DNA of 64,000 nt. It comes from Candidatus Poribacteria bacterium. GTDB taxonomy: Bacteria; Poribacteria; WGA-4E; WGA-3G. A model generated the notes under the pieces. That model did not search any database, was not told the DNA's origin, and saw nothing but the letters and a program-made list of their open reading frames with translations. This document shows, one piece after another, positions 8,857 to 17,242 of the stretch; within the stretch, counting starts at the first letter, position 1, and each line of letters begins with the position of its first letter. The position numbers and the translations under genes were made by a program. The stretch is taken from NCBI GenBank assembly GCA_965220065.1, contig OZ244804.1:1344915-1408914 (forward strand), in the 5' to 3' direction.

Positions 8857-11022
8857 ATGGTGAAGTGGATTAATGTAGTTAAAACATCTGAAATTGAACC
8901 GGGACAGAATATCATCATCAAATTGGACAATGAAAACATTGCAATCTTTAACACGGGTACAGAATTTTACGCTATCAATAACACCTGTCCGCATCAGGGC
9001 GGACCGCTCAATGAGGGAACCCTGGCGGGTGAAGTCGTTACCTGTCCGTGGCACGGTTGGCAATACAATTTGAAAAGTGGATGCCCTATTACCACGCCGA
9101 ACCTCCGAACCTATCCGCTCCGACTTGATGGAGACACCCTTCAGATCGCAATCCCCCCTGAAGCACCAGCAAACAACACACCCGAAGATACCGTTTTTAA
9201 TCAAAGCATTGAAACTGATCAGGTCTATGGAATCCTTGAGCAGATTCAGCTTGGAAAGACACTCGATGAAGTGTTTGAGAATATCTACGCTGGACTTCAG
9301 AACATAGTGCCGCACAATCGATTAGGCATTGCACTCATTGATGAATCTTCCGGTGATTTAGTGCAGTGCAAAACGAAATCCAACAGAAAAATCTTGCTGG
9401 ACAACGGGTTTTCAGCAAAGATCAAAGGATCAAGCCTTGAGCCTATCCTCAATTCAGGTGAAGCCCGGATTATTGACGATTTTAAAGAAATTCTCGCAAG
9501 AAGACCGACGCACTGGACAAGATTGATGGTCCAAGAGGGGATGCGCTCCAATCTGACACTTCCACTCAAGGTACAGGGTAAACCCATTGGGGTCGTCTTT
9601 TTCACCAGTGAAAAACCCCGAGCATTCTCCGAAGTGCATATTGGGCGACTGAAACCCATTGCCGGACAACTCTCGATTCTGATTGAAAAAGGGAATTGGA
9701 CAGACGAACTTGCCGAAAACAACAGACGATACCGCACACTTTTTGAGATGTCCAACGACGCAATCTTCATTTGTCCATCACTAACAGAGGACTTCGTTAC
9801 CGTAAACGAAAATTTTTGTGCATGGCTTGGTTACACACATCAAGAACTCGCCAATCTATCCCTGTGTGACCTAATGCCTCCCGATGAATTTCAAAACACC
9901 CGCGAAACGCTCAAAGAACTCGACCAGCAGAACCCAATCACTTTCCAAACGGAACTGTCCCGTAAAAACAAAAACCGTTTATCCTTGGAAATTCGCGCCA
10001 TCCGAATTGCGCATGACGAAGGAGAATTCATCCAGGGGTTTGCGCGCGATCTCTCGGAGGTAAAGGCACTCAGTGCTCAACTGAAGGAACACCATTCGTT
10101 TGGGAACCTCATCGGGAAAAATCGGAAAATGCAGGAGATTTTCGGGTTAATTCAACTCGTCGCACCCATGAAAACGACCGTCCTAATTCAAGGTGAAAGC
10201 GGTACCGGCAAAGAACCGATCGCTCACGCAATCCACGACAATAGTGAGAGGGCAAAAAAGCCTTTTATCCGCGTCAATTGCGCTGGCTTGGTTGATAATT
10301 TATTGGAGAGTGAACTCTTTGGACATGTCAAAGGGGCATTTACTGATGCCATCGCAACGCGCGAAGGGCGATTCGCAGCTGCGGACGGGGGCACCCTTTT
10401 TCTTGATGAAATCGGTGAGTTAAGTCTCGGAACACAAGCAAAGTTGCTCCGCGTCTTGCAAGAGGGCGAATATGAAATGGTCGGTTCAACTGAGACAAAG
10501 AAAGTAGATGTCCGCATCATTGCAGCCACGAATCGAATCCTGAAAACAGAAATTGATGCTGGACGTTTCCGCGAGGATTTATACTACAGACTCAACGTCG
10601 TCCCGATTACCCCGCCTCCACTCCGTGAAAGACGCGATGACCTTCCACTCCTCGTTGAACACTTCATCGAAAAATTCAGTCAGCAGACACAGAAACCGAT
10701 TCATCGCACCTCACCCGATACTCTTGAAATCTTAATGGATTATGCCTACCCCGGCAACGTGCGGGAGTTGGAAAATATTATAGAGCACGCATTCGTTAAA
10801 TGTCAGGGTGGAAGCATTGAAAAGCAACATCTACCGCTCGATCTTATTTCTTCGAGAGACGATATTGTTACGCAGGCACTCAGGGAGAGCAACCCACTTG
10901 CGGCATTGGAACGTGAATTAGTTCAACGGGTTTTGGAGGAGTCTGATGGAAAGCCACAACTTGCTGCCCAACGTTTGGGGATTAGTCGGACAACCCTATG
11001 GCGCAAACTTAAGGCGGTATAG
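8857..11022 (+). CDS. Sigma-54-dependent transcriptional activator (bEBP) with N-terminal Rieske [2Fe-2S] domain, GAF and PAS sensor domains, AAA+ sigma-54-interaction domain and C-terminal Fis-type HTH
   Basis: Rieske 'CPHQGGPL...CPWHGWQY'. Walker A 'GESGTGKE'. 'GAFTDA', a variant of the GAFTGA sigma-54-contact motif. 'FLDEIGEL'. C-terminal 'LAAQRLGISRTTLWRKLK'. GGAGGG RBS. Confidence 0.8.
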   Translation: MVKWINVVKTSEIEPGQNIIIKLDNENIAIFNTGTEFYAINNTCPHQGGPLNEGTLAGEVVTCPWHGWQYNLKSGCPITTPNLRTYPLRLDGDTLQIAIPPEAPANNTPEDTVFNQSIETDQVYGILEQIQLGKTLDEVFENIYAGLQNIVPHNRLGIALIDESSGDLVQCKTKSNRKILLDNGFSAKIKGSSLEPILNSGEARIIDDFKEILARRPTHWTRLMVQEGMRSNLTLPLKVQGKPIGVVFFTSEKPRAFSEVHIGRLKPIAGQLSILIEKGNWTDELAENNRRYRTLFEMSNDAIFICPSLTEDFVTVNENFCAWLGYTHQELANLSLCDLMPPDEFQNTRETLKELDQQNPITFQTELSRKNKNRLSLEIRAIRIAHDEGEFIQGFARDLSEVKALSAQLKEHHSFGNLIGKNRKMQEIFGLIQLVAPMKTTVLIQGESGTGKEPIAHAIHDNSERAKKPFIRVNCAGLVDNLLESELFGHVKGAFTDAIATREGRFAAADGGTLFLDEIGELSLGTQAKLLRVLQEGEYEMVGSTETKKVDVRIIAATNRILKTEIDAGRFREDLYYRLNVVPITPPPLRERRDDLPLLVEHFIEKFSQQTQKPIHRTSPDTLEILMDYAYPGNVRELENIIEHAFVKCQGGSIEKQHLPLDLISSRDDIVTQALRESNPLAALERELVQRVLEESDGKPQLAAQRLGISRTTLWRKLKAV

Positions 11023-11181
11023 TTGAGGGTTCGGGGCAATCACTTTGTGGTGGACCTTAGAAGAAATCCGGGTGTTTGAAATCCAACCCCGACACGTTTT
11101 TCATTGACAACTTCATGGAAGTTAACATATCATATCCGATGAGCGTTGACCCGTTGCTATCGTTTAAAAGGAGTCGTAGAA

Positions 11182-11985
11182 ATGTCGAAAGCCCTCTCCC
11201 TTGTGGCACATAACGATTTAGAGAGCCAAGTTGAGGCATTGGAAAGAGATGGGTATGTCTATTTCCCCAACGTGCTTGATGCTGATGAAATCGCTGAATT
11301 GCGTGCAACCATGGATCGATTAGAGGCGATCCCAGAATCTCACGATCGGGACGAAACGCCTCAAAATGGCGACGCATTCCTCCACAAGCTCATTAGCAAC
11401 TCGTTTAATCGAGACCCGTTGTATCTCCAATTCCTTGACAGATCCCCCGTTTTTGAAGTCGCTGAGGCGGCGCACGGCGAGGATTTCCATTGCATCGGCA
11501 TGCATTCGTGGCTGACGGGACCCGGACGCCCGGATCAGGGGTTACACTCGGATTGGTTGCCGATCCGTCTACCGGCAGATGTTCGTTCCGATCCACGCGT
11601 CAAAATCCCGATCTTCATCACCACCGCCCATTACTATCTCAATGATATGTATGAAGAATTGGGACCGACGAAGTTTGTGCCGGGCAGTCACCTCTCTGGG
11701 GGTTCCCCAAATGGAGCAACAGAATGGAATAACCGAGGAGAGGAGAGTATCTTGTGCAATGCGGGGGACGTCGTGCTATTCCGTAGTGAAGTCTGGCATC
11801 GTGGCTCTGCCAATACCAGTGACGAAGTCCGTTATCTCATGCAGGTACACTATGCGCAGCGGATGATTACACAGAAGTATCCACCCTATCTGAACAAATT
11901 TCAGTTCAATACATCGATTCTCGCCCAAGCAACCCCTCGACAGAAGCGGCTCATGGGCGACCATCGACCGAGTAATTACGATTAA
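11182..11985 (+). CDS. Phytanoyl-CoA dioxygenase (PhyH) family Fe(II)/2-oxoglutarate oxygenase, paralog 1
   Basis: The start was moved to the internal ATG (MSKALSLVAHN...), which has an AAGGAG RBS, by alignment with the paralog at 15220. About 80% aa identity to that paralog. Confidence 0.8.
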   Translation: MSKALSLVAHNDLESQVEALERDGYVYFPNVLDADEIAELRATMDRLEAIPESHDRDETPQNGDAFLHKLISNSFNRDPLYLQFLDRSPVFEVAEAAHGEDFHCIGMHSWLTGPGRPDQGLHSDWLPIRLPADVRSDPRVKIPIFITTAHYYLNDMYEELGPTKFVPGSHLSGGSPNGATEWNNRGEESILCNAGDVVLFRSEVWHRGSANTSDEVRYLMQVHYAQRMITQKYPPYLNKFQFNTSILAQATPRQKRLMGDHRPSNYD

Positions 11986-12217
11986 ATATGAGAAGCAACG
12001 AAGGTTGCTTCTCAGTGAGAATGTCCATTCAGAATTATTAAGGAACCTTTCATAACCGTCTGAAGTTGGATTCTTATGCTTTTTCGATCTTTACTTTGAT
12101 TACAGTATAGGTCAATCTAATTATAGTGAATCCGATAATCTCACAAATCACAGTTCAGACAATATTTTTATTATCAAATTCACGTTAGAGTAAAAAACTT
12201 TAACAAAGGAGTTATCA

Positions 12218-12793
12218 ATGAAAACGCGTTTAATCTCCATCGGTGTAAAGTCCGTATTTCTTCTGCTGATAAGTATTTCTATCCTATTGATGGGGTGTGA
12301 GAGAATGCCCCAACAGCCAGGAATTCTTTCGGCTCCATCCGCAAAACAAGCAACCGCCATGATTGACGCATTGGGCGACAGTGGCGTAACGGGAATGGCA
12401 GTCTTCACACAAAACGGCGACCAAATTACGTTTATGGCTGAGATTCAGGGCGCGACGCCGGGTCTCCACGCCATTCATATCCACGCATACGGTGATTGTA
12501 GTGCGCCCGACGGTACATCCGCTGGTGGTCACTGGAATCCCACAGATGTTGCACACGGAAAATGGGGAGAAGGTGAGTTTCATCTCGGGGATATCGGCAA
12601 TATCACCGTCGGGGCAGATGGAACAGGTCGTATTACATTGACGACGGATCTTTGGGAAATCGGCACCGGTTCCGACATAGATGTTGTCGGCAAAGGTATC
12701 ATTGTCCATGCGGACGCGGATGATTTCGTTTCGCAACCTTCAGGTGCTGCAGGTGCACGTATCGGATGTGGTGTCATTGTATTGGTGGAATAA
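12218..12793 (+). CDS. sodC: Cu/Zn superoxide dismutase, lipoprotein-type
   Basis: Signal peptide plus lipobox 'LLMGC'. Metal-binding region 'HAIHIHAYGDC...GGHWNP...GDIGNI...IVHADADD...GARIGCGVI'. Confidence 0.85.
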   Translation: MKTRLISIGVKSVFLLLISISILLMGCERMPQQPGILSAPSAKQATAMIDALGDSGVTGMAVFTQNGDQITFMAEIQGATPGLHAIHIHAYGDCSAPDGTSAGGHWNPTDVAHGKWGEGEFHLGDIGNITVGADGTGRITLTTDLWEIGTGSDIDVVGKGIIVHADADDFVSQPSGAAGARIGCGVIVLVE

Positions 12794-12985
12794 CCCAAGT
12801 TGCTACTTATAAGATTTTAGGCATGTGGACCCCGCTTGTATTGCAAATCGTGGCGTATTTTCGGATTTTTGTAGCGTAAACTTTCAGTTTGCGCACGGAT
12901 ATGCACAATCTAAAAGATTATGCTACAAACTGGCAACTTCGGTCATTTAACCGCAATCCTCTGTCTGAAAAGGAGATATGAGCGC

Positions 12986-15028
12986 ATGAAAGTAAAAAGA
13001 ATGCTCCTTTTTACTTTAACGCTCCTAATAGTTTCGAGCGTCGGTATTCTTCCTGGGTTGGCGCAGTATGTCGCATATACCCAATTCAGTTTACCCGAGG
13101 GTGCCATCGCGCGTATCGGTAAAGGCAGTGTAGGAGCGGGAACATATTCTCCAGACGGTTCAACGTTTGCCGTAGGAAGCAGTATCGGTATATGGCTGTA
13201 TGATACCAAAACATTCCAAGAACTTGAGTTGATCAGGGGGCAGCGGAGTTGGTTCTCAAGCATAGCATTTAGTCCAGATGGTTCAACGCTTGCCACTGGA
13301 GGTGGGGATATGGATCGGACGGTGCGTTTGTGGGACGTTGCGACAGGTTCGATCAAAACCACACTCACCGGAGGGCATTGGGGCGGGATCTATAATATAG
13401 CGTTCAGTCCGGACGGTTCAACGCTTGCCAGTAGTGGGGGTAAGGGTATAGACGATACGGACGGAACCGCGTGTTTGTGGGACGTTTCAGCGGGCACCCT
13501 CAAATTCACACTCACCGGACATACGTATCATGTCAACATATCGCTCAGTCCGGACGGTTCAATGCTTGCCAGTGGGGATGGGTATAGGGCCGGAACGGTG
13601 CGTTTGTGGGATGTTTCAACGGGCACCCTCAAAGCGGAACTCACTGGGCACACGGAATATGTTTCAAGTGTATCGTTCAGTCCAGATGGCTCTACACTTG
13701 CCAGTGGGAGTGGGGATAACACAGTACGTTTGTGGGACGTTTCAACGGGCACCCTTAAATCCACACTCACCGAGCATGGATTCCTGGTCGGGCGTAGGTC
13801 CCAGGTCATCAGTGTATTGTTCAGTCCGGATGGCTCTACACTTGCCGGTGGGAATTGGGACGGTAGGATTCATTTATGGGACGTTGAGACGGGTGCTGTT
13901 AAATTTACACTCACCACGGGTAGGGCTTATAGTATAGCGTTCAGTCCAGATGGCACAATGCTTGCCAGTGGAAGTCAGGTGTGGGACGTTGCGACGGGCA
14001 CTCTTAAATCCAGACTCACCGGACATACGAGCGGTATCAATCGTATATCGTTTAGTCCGGCTGGTTCAACGCTTGTCTGCGGGCATGGAGGGAATACGAT
14101 TCGTTTGTGGGATGTTGCGACGGGCACTCTCAAATCCAGATTCATCGGACATACGGGTAGTGTATCGTTCCGCCCGGATGGCACAATGCTTGCCAGTAGA
14201 TATGAGGGTAACAAGATTCGTTTGTGGGACGTTACGACCGGTGCCGTCAAGGTGACGCTCACTGGGCATACGGACACAATCGATAGTGTATTGTTCAGTC
14301 CGGATGGTTCAACGCTTGCCAGTTGGAGTCCAGATGATAGGTTGCGTTTATGGGACGTTTCAGCGGGTGTACTCAAAGCGACACTCGACGGATATGGGGA
14401 TTGGAGTGGATGGGTATCGTTCAGTCCGGATGGCTCTACGTTTGTCACTGTGAGTCGGAGTTGGGACGGTCCGGTGCGTTTATGGGACGTTTCAACGGGT
14501 GCGGTCAAAGCGACACTCGAGGGGCATAGAGACCTCGTCGTAAGCGTATCGTTCAGTCCAGATGGCTCTATAATTGCCACTGGGAATGCTAATTCGTATG
14601 GCGGAACGGTGCGTTTATGGGACACTTCGACGGGTGCGGTCAAGGCGATACTCGCTGGACATACGACCGGGATCAGGAGTGTATTGTTCAGTCCAGATGG
14701 GTCTACACTCGCCAGTGGGAGTTCGGATCACACGATTCGTTTGTGGGATGTTTCAACGGGTGCCCTCAAATTCATACTCACTGGACATACAGGTGAAGTC
14801 GGGAGTGTGCTGTTCAGTCCGGATGGGGCTACGCTTATCAGTGGGAGTTCGGATCACACGATTCGTTTGTGGGATGTTTCAACGGGCACCCTCAAATTCA
14901 TACTCACCGGACATACAGGTGAAGTCAGGAGTGTATTGTTCAGTCCGGATGGGGCTATACTCGCCAGTGGGAGTTCGGACGGAACAGTCCTGTTGTGGGA
15001 CATCACGCCGAAAATCTCAGAACCGTAA
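12986..15028 (+). CDS. Secreted WD40-repeat protein with about 14 blades (two beta-propellers)
   Basis: Signal peptide MKVKRMLLFTLTLLIVSSVGILPGLA. Repeated 'FSPDGSTLASGS...VRLWDVSTGTLK' units. AGGAGA RBS, ATG at 12986. Confidence 0.8.
   Translation: MKVKRMLLFTLTLLIVSSVGILPGLAQYVAYTQFSLPEGAIARIGKGSVGAGTYSPDGSTFAVGSSIGIWLYDTKTFQELELIRGQRSWFSSIAFSPDGSTLATGGGDMDRTVRLWDVATGSIKTTLTGGHWGGIYNIAFSPDGSTLASSGGKGIDDTDGTACLWDVSAGTLKFTLTGHTYHVNISLSPDGSMLASGDGYRAGTVRLWDVSTGTLKAELTGHTEYVSSVSFSPDGSTLASGSGDNTVRLWDVSTGTLKSTLTEHGFLVGRRSQVISVLFSPDGSTLAGGNWDGRIHLWDVETGAVKFTLTTGRAYSIAFSPDGTMLASGSQVWDVATGTLKSRLTGHTSGINRISFSPAGSTLVCGHGGNTIRLWDVATGTLKSRFIGHTGSVSFRPDGTMLASRYEGNKIRLWDVTTGAVKVTLTGHTDTIDSVLFSPDGSTLASWSPDDRLRLWDVSAGVLKATLDGYGDWSGWVSFSPDGSTFVTVSRSWDGPVRLWDVSTGAVKATLEGHRDLVVSVSFSPDGSIIATGNANSYGGTVRLWDTSTGAVKAILAGHTTGIRSVLFSPDGSTLASGSSDHTIRLWDVSTGALKFILTGHTGEVGSVLFSPDGATLISGSSDHTIRLWDVSTGTLKFILTGHTGEVRSVLFSPDGAILASGSSDGTVLLWDITPKISEP
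13090..15000. repeat. Intragenic tandem ~126-bp DNA repeats encoding WD40 blades
   Basis: Recurrent 'ttcagtccggatgg(c/t)tc(t/a)ac(g/a)cttgccagtgg...gtgcgtttgtgggacgtt' units. The antisense ORFs in this span are artefacts of the repeat. Confidence 0.6.
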
Positions 15029-15095
15029 GCCTTACAGTGGATGTCAATTTACACACTCTGGGCACTTCCATCGGTAATATTTATTTTCCCCAGGT

Positions 15096-15125
15096 CCGGT
15101 AGGGCGGTTTGTAACCGCACCGGGC
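15096..15125. repeat. REP-like hairpin, family 2, copy 2 (inverted orientation)
   Basis: 'ccggtagggcggtttgtaaccgcaccgggcatcgg' is the reverse complement of the 8685 copy. Confidence 0.45.
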
Positions 15126-15219
15126 ATCGGTAAAAATTACCCGATTAAATTCTTAATCTTCATTAGGGGTGCGGCACTTTAGATGAACGATTTTCTATCG
15201 TCCGAAAGGAGTACTAAAA

Positions 15220-16023
15220 ATGGCGAAAGCTCTCTCACTGGTGGCACATAACGATTTAGAAAGCCGAGTTGAAGCACTCGAAAGGGATGGGTATGTCTAT
15301 TTCCCCAATGTGCTTGACGCTGAGGAAGTCGCCGAATTGCGAGCCACTATGGATCGGTTAGAAACGATCCCTGAATGTTTGGATCGACACCAAACACCTC
15401 AAAATGGCGGCGGATTCCTAAATAAAATCATTAACAACTCGTTTAATCGAGATCCGTTGTATCTCCAGTTCCTTGACAAATCACCGATTATTGAAGTTGC
15501 CGAAGCGACGCACGGCGAAGATTGTCATTGTATCGGTATGCAATCGTGGATAACAGGACCGGGACGTCCGGATCAGGGGTTACATACCGATTGGCTACCA
15601 ATCAGTCTACCGGCAGATGTTCGTTCCGATCCACGCGTCAAAGTTCCAATCTTCATCACCACCGCGCATTACTATCTCAACGATATGTATGAGGAATTGG
15701 GACCGACGAAGTTCGTGCCGGGTAGCCATTATTCCGGATGTTCTCCAAACGGACAAACCGAGTGGAAAGGCAGGACGGAAGAGAGTATCTTATGCAATGC
15801 TGGGGATGTGGTGCTCTTCCGTAGTGAAGTCTGGCATCGGGGTTCTGCGAATACGAGTGCTGATACCCGTTATCTCTTGCAGGTGCACTATGCCATGCGG
15901 ATGATTACACAGAAGTATCCGCCCTATCTGAATAAGTTTCAGTTCGATGCATCGATTCTCGCCCAAGTAAACCCTCAGCAGAGACGGCTCCTCGGCGACC
16001 ATCGACCGAGTAACTATGATTAA
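15220..16023 (+). CDS. Phytanoyl-CoA dioxygenase (PhyH) family oxygenase, paralog 2
   Basis: MAKALSLVAHNDLESRVEALERDGYVYFPNVLDAEE... Near-identical architecture to 11182-11985. Confidence 0.8.
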   Translation: MAKALSLVAHNDLESRVEALERDGYVYFPNVLDAEEVAELRATMDRLETIPECLDRHQTPQNGGGFLNKIINNSFNRDPLYLQFLDKSPIIEVAEATHGEDCHCIGMQSWITGPGRPDQGLHTDWLPISLPADVRSDPRVKVPIFITTAHYYLNDMYEELGPTKFVPGSHYSGCSPNGQTEWKGRTEESILCNAGDVVLFRSEVWHRGSANTSADTRYLLQVHYAMRMITQKYPPYLNKFQFDASILAQVNPQQRRLLGDHRPSNYD

Positions 16024-16139
16024 GGTTTTTTAACGATTAAATATGAGCGGCTGCGTCCGTTGTCCTTGCCGTATTTTAATTGTTGGAAATCCTTTTTAAA
16101 CCTAAAGCAGGTGCTTTAACAATATTCAATAGTTAAAAA

Positions 16140-16964
16140 ATGAACACACAACGGACGAGTGACCAGATTGAATTTTACCGTGAAAATGGATTCCTGATTA
16201 TTGACGATTTCCTGAAGGGTTCCGAGTTGTCATTATGGCGGGATGCTGTTGACGAGGCTGTCGCACAACATGTGAACCGTCCTGATGCCTATCACAATCA
16301 AAGCGGAGAAGACAACTACTACAAGAACGTCTTCGTTCAGTGCGTCAATTTGTGGAAGACCAGTGAGAAGATTAAACAGTTGATCCTTGACCCTCGGTTG
16401 GGTAAATTAGCGGCAGATCTCGCTGGCACTTCCGGTGTGCGATTGTATCACGACCACGCCATGGTTAAACAACCGTGGGCGAATCCGACGAACTTCCATG
16501 TCGATAATCCCTATGACCCGTTTTATTCGCATCAGGCAATCATGTTCTGGATAGCACTCGATGATGCAACCCTTCAGAACGGCTGTTTGTATTTTCTGCC
16601 CGGTACGCATAAGACGAGCAATTTTGAGGTTGGCGGAGTTCTCGGACAGGTTGGAATCGGCGAACTGTTCCATGAGTATCCAGAGTGGGCAGAGATTGAA
16701 CCCTACGCCGCTGAGATGAAAGCAGGTGCCGGTGTGTTCATCAGTGGGATGGTCGCGCACGCGGCAGGACCCAATATGACGACGCATCCCCGCCGTGCGT
16801 TTGCTATGCTCTTTATGCCGGAGGATGCCACGTTCAATGGGAAGAAAAGCGCGTTGCCCGATGAAGTGGTTGAGAAATTGAAGGTCGGCGATGTGTTAGC
16901 GGACGATGCGCATCTCCCATTGGTTTTCTCGTATCAAGGGGGAAGTACACTGTCAGGGACGTAG
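16140..16964 (+). CDS. PhyH-family dioxygenase (third, divergent member)
   Basis: 'ENGFLIIDDFL...' N-terminus and an H-x-D facial-triad-like 'FHVDNP'. Confidence 0.65.
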   Translation: MNTQRTSDQIEFYRENGFLIIDDFLKGSELSLWRDAVDEAVAQHVNRPDAYHNQSGEDNYYKNVFVQCVNLWKTSEKIKQLILDPRLGKLAADLAGTSGVRLYHDHAMVKQPWANPTNFHVDNPYDPFYSHQAIMFWIALDDATLQNGCLYFLPGTHKTSNFEVGGVLGQVGIGELFHEYPEWAEIEPYAAEMKAGAGVFISGMVAHAAGPNMTTHPRRAFAMLFMPEDATFNGKKSALPDEVVEKLKVGDVLADDAHLPLVFSYQGGSTLSGT

Positions 16965-17242
16965 TGTTTCATCCAGTTAATTTGAGAGTATGTTCGTAGT
17001 CGTGCGATTTCTCGCACTGCTTTGCAGTGAGAACCCGTCCCAAATGGGCATTGTCCCGCAAGTCCACACGCGACTGGCGCATGGTCTCCCTACTACAAAC
17101 AAAGTTCACCTCCAATTTCACGATAAACAAAGCAATAGATTGGGTTGAGGGCGAAAATCCAACGCTTATCCGCTATCAAAGGCGATAAGAATCTATCTAA
17201 TAGATTCACTTGTAGCGAAATACAGCGAAATCCAACACCTCT

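Noticed and set aside
13530-15077. Multiple long antisense or alternate-frame ORFs inside the WD40 gene (e.g. 13975-14643 minus strand 222 aa, 13530-13937, 14574-15077) with repetitive 'HKRTV...SGLND' peptides.
   Set aside because: They are periodic artefacts of the ~126-bp tandem WD40-encoding repeats and have no RBS or independent support. The plus-strand WD40 reading is the coherent one.
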